A DNA stretch of 64,000 nt from Stegostoma tigrinum. Lineage: Eukaryota. Every line of letters starts with the position of its first letter. Position 1 is the first letter of the stretch. Position numbers and translations under genes: made by a program. The stretch is from the NCBI RefSeq assembly GCF_030684315.1, contig NC_081387.1:6428497-6492496 (forward strand). Direction: 5' to 3'. This document shows, piece by piece, positions 50,009 to 60,477 of the stretch. The notes below the pieces were generated by a model. That model did not search any database and had not been told where the DNA came from. It worked only from the letters and a program-made list of their open reading frames with translations.

Positions 50009-50353
50009 TGTTAGATTCCCTACAAAATAAGGAATGAGTTCACGATCTTTTTGAATATTCAGCTTTATTTCTCATTGTGTGTTGATTACATGGTCGCAAG
50101 TTCAGACCCCTGCAGTGCTAGCCTCTTCTGTGCATGTACACATATTATTTTTTCACTTGCTCCTCCCCAAAACTGCAAACCGTTCTCCATACCCTAACAA
50201 CAAGATCTAGGCCACAGTCTGCTTGTGACATATGCTCATTTCTGCTTCAAACTGATTTCAAATGGACTTGCAAGTTCCCTTTTTGAATTCACGTTTGTAA
50301 TTTAACCCTTGTTACACTGTAATTTAGTCGCACAATTTTCAACATGATCCACA
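50009..50353 (-). repeat. 5' LTR
   Basis: Direct repeat of 45414-45744; contains AATAAA on the - strand (about 50065). Confidence 0.88.
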
Positions 50354-51805
50354 ACATCCTATCTCCTCTCTTCCACTGTCTACATTTCTCTACCTGTAAT
50401 AGTGAGGACTTTTTAATCGGAATCACAAGTTTCAGGTTAAATACTCCTCATGCCTTCTCCTAACCGAGTTTAAATCTGACCTCCTCTGACCGTACTTCGC
50501 TCTCATTTGGAAAGCAAAGCACTAGAAATCTGAAATAATAATTGAAATTGTTCATCAGGTCAGGCAGCAATTGTGGAGACTTGAAGGGAGCCAGTAGATG
50601 TCAGGGCTAGGCAGTAAAGTGGAGTTGAGACTGTGTTAGGCGTATTCTTATTGAATGATGGAACAGGCTTGAGGGGCTGAATGGCCTGGCCTTGTTCCTA
50701 ATTTGTACATTCAAATGTACGCATGGAAGGAAATTACATTTTAGTTTGATGGCCACAATCAGAACAGAGCTGACATTTCAAATTTACATTTCCTGCTGTG
50801 CCGACAGAACTTCATAGTGTTAATTCATCAGTTTTATTTTGAACTGATGAATCACTTGGTCACAAGTTGATTTTCCCTCTGCCTTCCTGTCATTTGCGGA
50901 TCTCTCATCTTCCAGCTTACAAGTCCTGCCAGCTTTTCAAATGTGGTAGGTCTGGCACTCGATGTGTGGTTCCATGCTCACTAACACACTTCCCCCCATC
51001 TCTCTTATGGAGCAAGTTGGCCCACCATAGATGGGCAGCTAAGAGGTGCCCAGGGTCTGGGCAAGCTTGGCTGCCTGTGCTCATTTCAGGAGCCACCTGG
51101 CAGCATTGTAGTCAGACGGCAGTGAAGAGGCTGTGTCAATGTGGATGGTCTCAGGTCAGAGCTGAGGCGAGGAAACACCAAGGGCAGGAAGGTTGAGAAA
51201 CAGTGACAGTTGTTTGAGGAATCTAAATTGGGAACTTCAGACCAAATGGATAATAGTTGATGAAAGAGGCTGCTGACACTGTTCTGTATTGCAGTCATAT
51301 CCTCTGAAATTGCCTGAGGCATTACAATATCTTAAAGGTTTCAGGCAATATCCAGTGAAGCAGATAGATGTAAGGAAAAGAAAGGGAAATTGCATTTACC
51401 TTGTGCCTTTTGTGACCCTGTGATAAAAATGTTAGCCATCCACTCCCAATTCAAGCTCTCCCTCTCCTCCACTTGAATCAACCATCACACCAGGAATCCT
51501 CTGAATCCAGCCATTTCCCAATATTGTGATCCCCTCTTCTGAAGATGTCCGATGAATTTCATCTCCTGGCGTCAGCATTGGGTTTGGAGTGAGAAAGGTT
51601 GACTCCTGAATCAAGCCTCAGAGATTGTGAGAGTTTCCGTGCTGAGATAGGCCAGTCATAAAATAATGCCAGGAACTACAGAAGCTGGAAGTCTGCTCTG
51701 AAGAACAGTCACTGGGCATGAAATTTTAAGTATTTATCCTCTCCGTTGATGCTGCTCGATCTGTTGGCTTTCTCCTGTGACTGATCTGACCAAAGCACTT
51801 CAAAA

Positions 51806-52422
51806 TGTATCAAGGACATAGCCTAAACCCAAATTTTTATCTTATTTACAGGGAAGTAAAAGGTGCAGTTTTCCAGATTTGATTTGGCTGATTAATCTAG
51901 GTTTTAAGCAAAATACACTTTATTCTTAAGCCACAGTTAAAATACAAACAAAAAAGAAGAACTGGCATAGCTGTAACTCTACTGAAATACTTAACAAAAT
52001 AATACATATTTTAACTGCTACTCATCAACTGCTCCAATTTGGTGGTATCCCATCAACATACCTTTGGCAAAGGCAAATTAGCAAAACAGACTTCTCTGAC
52101 TTGCTATCCACTCCAGTCCAGGGGAAAAAAAAACACTAATCTAGCAGCAGAGAATTAAAGTTTTTTTTTGCAGCAGAGAGAGCTGTATCCAGCAGCTTCA
52201 AATCCAAAACCCCAACTTCAACAATTGAAAGAAAAACTAAAATCCTGAATCTGTATGAGCCTGATTACACCCATTTATGCTTCTTTTGTCTACTTTTTAA
52301 AAAACACCCAAAACTATTTACTCTGCTTTCCATAGAGCAGATACCTGGGCACCAGATTTATAACATGCCCTCTTCAAGGGAACCAGATAGACAAACTCCT
52401 CTTAAAGGCACATATTGTCATA
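51806..52422 (-). mobile_element. Possible solo LTR
   Basis: About 600-bp block starting TGT and ending near GTCA, with AATAAA on the - strand (about 51919); no TSD resolved. Confidence 0.3.
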
Positions 52423-54039
52423 CTCCAGCTATTTCTGCTTTTAATTTGAGCCAGTTATAAGGCCTGCCCCAGTTTGTTGGGATATAGATCAAGTCCTGTT
52501 CATGATTTTTATGATTCCTTACATTCCCCTAACCCTGCCCCGCTTCCCCCCCCACCACAATCCCCACCATTCCCATTGTTTTCCTCATGCTCCTTCCCAG
52601 TCCACCTATATTGCCCATACTCCATCATTTTGCTATCTGCTCTCCATCCCAACACTTCTCAATTCCTCCATTATTTCCATACTCCGTTCATGCCTCTTGT
52701 GTATCCTTTATATGTACATGATCCACATTGTCCAGAGTGAATGAGCCATTGGCAGGTCTCTAAGATTCTCCACAAATTGACAGAACACCTAAAGAGGTTC
52801 TGAAAATCTCCTCTGCAAAAAAAATGCACATCTTACAACTTTACAGAACAGTTAATCCACCAGAAGCATCCACAGTATCATTGTATAAAGCTTTAATTCC
52901 TTACAATTTTGTCCAAATAAACAAAAAGGCACTGAAAAATCACAAAGAATAGCTTTTATAACTTATTAAACACATCAAAATTAAAAAGTGTGCACTCCCT
53001 ATCAGGCCGAATAAACTGACTCAAGCTGAGTTGAGTGCATGAGTATTCTGACAAGTGAGCCATAATAAGGCCGACTAGAAAAACATGTCTATTTGTGAAA
53101 ACAATCTATTTATACGGTCACTTCACAGTAATAAGAGCGCACAATCTGCATAGGATTTATTTTTGAGATGGGGGTTGGAAGATGTGAGGTAGAAGTGCGG
53201 GATAAAGGTTGAATTGTTGCTCCTTTCGGCTTACAAGGTGCTGAAAAATGCTTTAAAAAATCTAAAATACAGCAAATGCAGGAAATCTTAAACATGACCT
53301 GAAGTCAAAAACATAAGCGGGCATCTTGCCCCTAAATGGCAACTGTGGCTCTTCCCACAGATGCCATATGTTCGTCTAAGCTTGTTTCATTAGTTGAGAA
53401 ATGCTTTCTGAAGTTCCTGGTGACCTCACCCCCGGGAGATCTGAGTGGGTAGCTTTATATTTGAATTACAATCTCAATTACATACTCAAGGTCAGAAACA
53501 TGAGAGGAGTTTAATCGAGGTATGTAAGATGCTCAAAGGGATTGACAAAGCAGAAATACAGAGGGAATGCTTTCCCTTGTGGGGAAATCTAGATCAAGTG
53601 GCCTTAGTTTTAAGCTGAGTGGTGGCAGATTTAATACAGAGCTGAGGGGGAATTACTTGCCTCAAAATGTCTTGAATCTGTGGAACAAAACCAGAAATTG
53701 TGGAAAACCTCTGCAGGACTAGCATCATCTGTGGAGAGAAACCAGAACCCTTCCTCAGAACACAACTTGAAATGTTAACTCTGACTTCTCTCCACAGATG
53801 CTGCCAGACCTGCTGAGCTTTTCCAACAATTTCTGGGTTTTTTTTTTTCTGATTTACAGCATCCGCAATTCTTTTGGTTTTTGTGAATCTGTGGAATTTG
53901 CTACCCACGAGGATGCTGAGGCACTGAATAATCTAATAAGGGGAAAGAAAGATTTTTAACTGGTAAATGGATTAGAGGGTTGTGGGATGCAAATAGGAAA
54001 CCCCACAGAGATTGGACACAAAGCTGGGCCGTTTCTTAC

Positions 54040-54254
54040 ATAGAGAGATGATTTCTTTCATTTCCTTCCACACTGTGTACAGTAATGGGCCTTGAAATCC
54101 TACATAATTCCCTCTTGGAAGTGCCTGTATTTCTTCATCTTCACCTTCTGAGTATGCCATTTCTTCAACCTCCCCTTCCTCCAAATCCTGGATTTTATCA
54201 TTTTCTTCTTCAAATGTCTTCCATCTGCACTCTTCCTCCCCTTTGTCCAGGCAC
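54040..54254 (-). pseudogene. TRIM pseudogene, linker exon preceding the PRY domain (acidic)
   Basis: AG/GT-bounded, 215 nt, open: CLDKGEEECRWKTFEEENDKIQDLEEGEVEEMAYSEGEDEEIQALPRGNYVGFQGPLLYTVWKEMKEIISL. GPLxYxVWKEM is typical of TRIM-B30.2 linkers. Confidence 0.85.
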
Positions 54255-54344
54255 CTATTTAAATGGGATTGATCTCTTCACTCACTGCAGAGTTAACCAT
54301 GACCACAGCGTAAAATCATGTGTGAGTTTAAATTAGCTACTCAC

Positions 54345-54367
54345 ATTTCTCGCAACCCTTTCGGTTC
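54345..54367 (-). pseudogene. TRIM pseudogene, 23-nt micro-exon
   Basis: ctgtAG|GAACCGAAAGGGTTGCGAGAAAT|GTgagt; a 23-nt exon is characteristic of TRIM-B30.2 genes at this position. Confidence 0.8.
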
Positions 54368-54586
54368 CTACAGGACAGAAAAGCAAATGGTAGATGGCCT
54401 TTTGTTATTAAGTATAATCAATAGTTTAAGTAAAAGGTGTAGGGATCTGATAGAACATTAACTGACGGTTTGCAATGATGTGATACCATGTTTAGTTACC
54501 CCAAGCACCCCCAGCAAACCGAGGCATGTAAATAACTAGTGGGACAGAACACCAATGCATCACTGGAGGCGCACTGACAATGTTAC

Positions 54587-54810
54587 CTAGCAGGGTGACC
54601 ATACATTTGCAACTCGGCGAGCATGTCTACAATCTCATCCACAGCCCGAGCAACAAATCTTCTCCAAACCTTTAGAAGTTTCATTTCTATTCTACTCAGA
54701 TTCTCCACCATTAGTTGCGGTTCTTCCTCATTTTGTTTTAAATATTTCTCTTTGTCTTCAAGATACTGATGGATTCTGGCAAAGTCTTTCTTCAGGGATG
54801 CTGTGAATTC
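54587..54810 (-). pseudogene. TRIM pseudogene, second coiled-coil exon
   Basis: cctAG|EFTASLKKDFARIHQYLEDKEKYLKQNEEEPQLMVENLSRIEMKL...; the 3' part is degenerate and the donor position approximate. Confidence 0.75.
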
Positions 54811-54890
54811 CTAGGATAGCGTCAGCAATGATTTAAACAGAGTGCTGTTAAAGGGTTACAATATTTAAATTGAACTAAGGTCATGCTCAC

Positions 54891-54984
54891 ATCCTGTTCC
54901 GATGTCCCTCTCCTGCTGCTGCTTTAATTCATTCTAGCATTTCTTTTCTGCCTCCATGGAGTCCAAGGCTGATTTCTGCTGGTT
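54891..54984 (-). pseudogene. TRIM pseudogene, first coiled-coil exon
   Basis: tttcAG|NQQKSALDSMEAEKKC*NELKQQQERDI..|GTgagc; 94 nt instead of the usual 96, with a TAG at 54934-54936. Confidence 0.85.
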
Positions 54985-55881
54985 CTGAAAATGAAATCAG
55001 ATCTCACCATGATCCAATGTCAGCTGTTGTAGCACGATCAGGCTATGGGACAAGCACTGGAAAGTGGGAATAATGTAGAGAGGCAGGTGTCATCTCACTG
55101 GGCCGAAGGGTCTCTTCTGCGTTGTAATGACTATGAAACTGTGAGGACAGTTGCTCAGCCTTTTAACCACATAATCGATGTTACATTGCATAACCTGCAA
55201 GGTTAATGCAGCTTTACCGAAATTTTATTGGGACTTCCAATGTTATTGGCTTGTCAATGTTGATGCGAAACCACCAGAGATACTGGTATTCTTACACTCA
55301 AAATCATTTAAAATATTTTTTGGAAAAATACTTTGTCACTTTTTTCACTTATTAACTGATATCTTTCATTTCCAAATAATATTTTTAAAAGCAATTTTGA
55401 AGTAAGCATTGTTCACAAAAGCATGACTAAATTTACCTGTGGTCCCATTAAAGCATTTCATGACTTTTTTTAACGTGAAAGCCTCTGTTTTTTGCAAGAG
55501 TCAGAGTTTGCAGTTTTATTTTTCACTGAGTATTTTGACACTGTTTACTGCACATAGACAGTGTGGTCTGAGCTTCGTTATATTTATTTATGGGATGTGG
55601 GTGCCAATGGTTATGCAACGACATTTATTGCCCGTTGCCGAATTGCTTCTGTGAAAGTGGTGATGGTGAGCTACCTTCTTGAACAGCTCCATGTTATGAA
55701 GTGGTGGGACACCCTCAACGTGGTTAGGGAGGCAAGGCAAGGATATTGGTCTGCGACAGAGAAGGAACACTCAATCCTCGGGAGCTCTGATGAAGGGTCA
55801 CCAGACCCGAAGTGTTAACTCTGTCTTCTCCTTCACAGATGCTGCCAGACCTGCTGAGTTTTTCCAGCAACTTTGTTTTTG

Positions 55882-55944
55882 TCCTTGTTAATATGGTGAT
55901 TACTATTCCTGCGGGAGACCAGGGTTCAATTCCCTGCAGCGGAC
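55882..55944 (+). pseudogene. tRNA-Asp-derived pseudogene lacking the anticodon loop
   Basis: TCCTTGTTAATATGGTGATTACTATTCCTGC-GGGAGACCAGGGTTCAATTCCCTG aligns with vertebrate tRNA-Asp(GUC) TCCTCGTTAGTATAGTGGTGAGTATCCCCGC[CTGTCACGC]GGGAGACCGGGGTTCGATTCCCCG. Confidence 0.7.
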
Positions 55945-57519
55945 AGTGATAATTTGGCAGAACAGTGTTTTGCACTGCTGGCCCACAGCACCAGGAACTT
56001 GGGTTTGATTCCAGTCTCCAGCGCCTGTCAGTGGAGTTTGCACATTCTCTGTATGTCTGTGAAGGCTTTCTCCTACAGTCCAAGGATGTGCACATTATGT
56101 GTGCTAAATTTCCCATTGTGTCTAGGGTGGGAAGTGTAGAGACAGGATAAGGGGTGTGTCTGGGTGGGATGCTCTTCAGAGGCTTGGTGTGGACTCAATA
56201 GGTCAAATGGCCTGCTTCCACACTGTAGGGATTCTGTGAACTACAAATAGTTCCACGTTAGGATGGTGCATCCCTTGGAGGGGCTGTAAAAGATATCCCA
56301 TATATTTGCTGACCTTGCCCTTCTAGGCAATACAGTTTATTGTGTTCTGTTTCACAGTCAGTATGCCATATACCTTTAAGGGACATGCTATCTTGTGGTA
56401 ATACATGTTTAAGTGGAATCACGGATACCAGAAACCTCAGTGTGGACTGACCTAGATACTGAAGTACTGCCATTCAAACAAGATACTCAATTCTATTTTG
56501 GAACAAGTGATCGATGAGCCCAGTAAATGAGCTCTGCAAATCTTGTTCCAAATGGCAAGGAGTGGCCTCACAGAATTAACACTTTCAGTTTTTTTTTCCC
56601 ATTGATAAGAAAAATCAGAAAACATTGGAAGATTCGTGACACACATTTCAAGATAAAAATTAACTTCAAGATTAAACAGTGTCTACCCCATGCTGTAAAG
56701 ACAGGAATACCGAGAGTCTCAGAGGACGCAAGTGTGAGCTTTCCGAAGACAAACTGTCGCAGAAGCTCATTGATTCAATCATTGTCTTTATTTAGATGAA
56801 GCCTTTAGGACTGGTTTCCGGGGAAAGGAAAAATGCTGTACATTTGTAACTTCATCTTAGGATGGATACATGTATGACCCTATAGTCACAAATCAACAAC
56901 AATGACATGCTATAGATACATCCAACACCATTGCTATAGTCAGCAAGGTGCACCAAGCCTACAAAATCTTTAACAACTCAGATTGGTCTTACCCCGCCAA
57001 ATGTTGTCTCTTGGTACTCGTAAAGAATGAAGTACCAAGAGACTTTGGTCATGCAGTTGCAGGAAACCTGACTCCAAAGGCCAAGCCAGACCATGAAACA
57101 AAATACAGGTAACCTAACAAGACATTACAACGGCACTATGCCGGCAGGTGGTGAGAAACAGCACAAACACAAACATACGGGGTGGCGTGGGGGCACAATG
57201 GTTAGCAATGGTCATAGCGCCAGGGACCCAGGTTCAATTCCACCCTCAGGCAACTGTCCGAGTGGAGTTTGCACATTCTCCCCATGTCTGTGTGGGCCTC
57301 CCCCCACTGTCCAAAGATGTGCAGGTTAGATGGATTGGCCATGCTAAATTGCCTGTAGTGTTCAGGGAGGTGTAGATTAGGTGGGTTGTGGGGCAATGGG
57401 TCTGGGTGGGATGCTCTGAGGCTCAGTGTGGACTTGTTGGGCCAAAGGGCCTGTTTCCATTCTGTAGGGATTCAATGATCATATCCAGAGTCAACTTGGT
57501 GGCAGGCAAATTCCAGAAG

Positions 57520-58650
57520 AGAGGTATTGCATTTTGATACAAACAAACAAGGGTGGGACTTATACAATTAATGGTAGGGCCTTGGGTAGTGTTGCAGAGG
57601 GGCCTATGGGTTCAGGTATATAATTCTTTGAAGTGTGCGTCACATTTAGATAGGTGGTTAAAAAGTTATTTGGCTTGTTAGCCTTCATTACGCAGTCCTT
57701 TAAGTATAGGGGTGAGGAGATTGAGATTGTACAGGACATTGGTGAGGCCTTTTCTGGAATATTATGTCCAATTGTGGTCGGCCAGTTATAGGAAAGATGT
57801 TATTAAACTGGAGAGGGCTCAGAAGAGATTCACCAGAATGTTGTTGGGTATGGAAGATTTGAGTTATGGGAAAAGGATGGATAGGTTGGAACTTTTTTCA
57901 CTAGAATGTAGGAAGTTGAGTGGCAACCTTATCAAAGCTTAGAAAACAGTGAGAGGTATAGATAGAGGTAACAGCAGTTGTATTTTTCCGAGGATGGGGG
58001 ATCTCAAGATGAGGGGGCACATTTTTAAGGTGAGAGGAGAGAGATTAAAAAAAGACATGAGGGGAATTTTTTTTACACACAGGGCAGTTTGCATATGGAC
58101 TGATCTTGCTGCAGAAGTGGTGGATGTGGGTATAATTACAATGTTAAAAGATATTTGAATAAGTACATGAATAGGAAATTGGAGGGATATGGGCCAGCAG
58201 CAGGCAGGTGGGAATAGTTTATAGATAACAAGGTGTAGAGCTGGATGGACACAGCAGGCCAAGCAAAATCAGAGGAGCAGCAATGCTGACGTTTTCTGAA
58301 GAAGGGCCTAGGCTCAAAACGTCAGCCTTCCTGCTCCTCTGATGCTGCTTGGCCTGCTGTGTTCATCCAGCTCTACACCTTGTTATCTAAGATTCACCAG
58401 CACCGGCAGTTCCCACTATCTCTGGGACTAGTTTAGATTGGGATTATGTCCAGCATAGTTTGGTTGGATCAGAGATAATGGGAACTGCAGATGCTGGTGA
58501 ATCCGAGACAACAAAGTGTGAGGCTGGATGAACACAGCAGGCCAAGCAGCATCTTCGGAGCATAAAAGCTGATGTTTCAGGCCTAGACCCTTCATCAATG
58601 GATGAATGATTGGGTCGATGGGTCTGTTTCTGTGTTTTCTGACTCTATAC
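57520..58650 (+). mobile_element. CR1 LINE 3' fragment with two nested Penelope pLTR insertions (58222-58422 hairpin; about 58470-58597 single arm)
   Basis: LYRTLVRPFLEYYVQLWSASYRKDVIKLERAQKRFTRML. The hairpin is flanked by TGGGA(A/C)TAGTTTA at 58209-58221 and 58423-58435. Confidence 0.88.
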
Positions 58651-59950
58651 CAAGCTTTCCATTTTGCTAAACTCACAAAACATGTTGGCAGGATTAGATG
58701 ATCAAAAGTTTTACAACCATTATTATCATCTGTATTGAAAAGGCAGGATAGCACAAACTAGACTAAAGTCAACACAGGAGCTAGGGATAACATACTACCA
58801 CTGCATATCCTGAAAAATATGCACCTCAACAAGCAGGGCTCTATGTGCAGCCTCTGAATGACTGTCTCACAGTGCACAATGGAGCGCAGTTGCATGCCTT
58901 GGCAGAGTCACACTACAGTGCCAATGCACAAACTCATCTTAGCATCTCAAAATCTCACAACATTAGAAGGAAATCGATCATGACCATGTTATGCCAGTGA
59001 CACAGGGGTATTGAGCACATAAAATGACAAGTATTTGAATCTGTCAGGGAATGTGTCTGGGTATTGAGAGATGCACAAATGCATGCAAGACAGACTAGCA
59101 ATATCCACTCCCGCAGCAGACAGAGATTTCATGTCCACACCAAATTCCATCCACGCTATAGATGGAAGCAGCAAAAGACTTATTTGCAGTGCACAGGAAA
59201 GAGATATCGTTGTGATGGATTTCTTCTCTGAATTTTCCATTGCTTGACCACTTAGCAAGACAACGCGTGCAACCAGCACTGATCTCTCTCTCACACACAT
59301 ACATACATACATACATGCATGCATGCATACACGCATCCAGGACTTATAAGAACTCAGAGATCCCTTTGAGAGATAAGGTAACAATCATTCAATCAACAAT
59401 TAGTACTAGAAACAGACCTAGTGATGTGGCCCAATTAGAGTGAAAAATCCAGTAAAACTTGCAAATGACACACGCTGGTCCAACTTGATTAGTAATCTTC
59501 AGAACTGTGTTCCAGTATAACCAGTATGTTCATTTTCAAGATTATTGCTTTTTAACTGGTTTTGCCCTCTGTGCAGTCATCAATGAGAGAGGCACCAAGC
59601 AGTCCAAAAGAACATGCCAGTGATCTGATTCTGCTCAGGAGCCAACAATCTATTTTCTGCCAATGACTGTGAAATTTGGGTCAAGCCACAGAGTGAGCCT
59701 ATTCTGAGCAGGAGCAAAGTGATCCTGTGGCCTTGTTCTGTCCAGAAATTCAACAATCCTGAATATTTTTTTCACTATTGCAAGCCAAGAGTCAGTGAAC
59801 TTCCTTTCTCTATCAGAATCAGAAAAATTTCAGATGCTGGAATCCAAGTTAACACCCACAACTTTGACTTCTCCCTTTCTACAGATGCTGCCGAACTCAC
59901 TGTGTTCTTCCAGCCTCCTGTTTGTCTTCCTCTCTCTATCGCCCCCTTAC

Positions 59951-60376
59951 CTTGTACTTCTTCATTGCATCTGCAACACGCAGGGAAGTTGTGGCCTGAA
60001 TGAGTGGGTTTATCTGGACAAATGTGATAGATTGGAGCCTGATCGTCCTTGTAGAACAGTTTCAGCTTCTTACTGTGTTCCCAACAGCAGGAACCCTCCA
60101 ACCTCTCCTCCTCTTCCAGACCCAGTTCAACTCCAGCTTCCGAGCTGTCTAACAGAGATTGGCTAGCACCCTGGCCTTTTCATAATTTTTCTGCTGCCAA
60201 ATGATGCGACATTCCGGGCAGGACACCACAGGCCCCTAGTTTTTCCAAAACGCCTGGATACAGGATTTACAAAAGGCATGCTGACAGTCCAATTGCACCA
60301 GCTCCATAAACGGAGACCGGTAGATAGAGCAGGTTAAACCTTTGGTCAGGCTGAAAATATGTTTACTGACTGCCAT
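59951..60376 (-). pseudogene. TRIM pseudogene, first coding exon (RING + B-box2)
   Basis: ATG at 60376: MAVSKHIFSLTKGLTCSIYRSPFMELVQLDCQHAFCKSCIQAFWKN*GPVVSCPECR...LANLC*, then B-box CWEHSKKLKLFYKDDQAPIYHICPDKPTHSGHNF and ...AMKKYK|GTAAGG. Two stops, frameshifts, and three Zn-ligand/conserved Cys-to-Tyr changes. Confidence 0.92.
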
Positions 60377-60477
60377 TTCAGCTGCACTGCTTGGTTCCCT
60401 CACTCAATTTACTTTCGATTTCACCTCCATTTGAAAGGTGAAACAAAATTCCTAATCTGTCCTCTTAAAGACACATA

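Larger units (their letters stand above)
45414..50353 (-). mobile_element. Decayed endogenous retrovirus/LTR element: LTR-PBS-gag-unknown ORF relics-PPT-LTR
   Basis: Diverged direct repeats 45414-45744 and 50009-50353 bounded by TG...CA. PBS TGGTGTAGTTGCAGAATC (49988-50005), PPT AAAAGGGGGG (45748-45757), and gag motifs inside. Confidence 0.88.

Noticed and set aside
51432-51614. Possible PRY/SPRY exon of the TRIM pseudogene
   Set aside because: Only fragmentary resemblance (LTPNP, ELGV) across frames; not supportable without an alignment.
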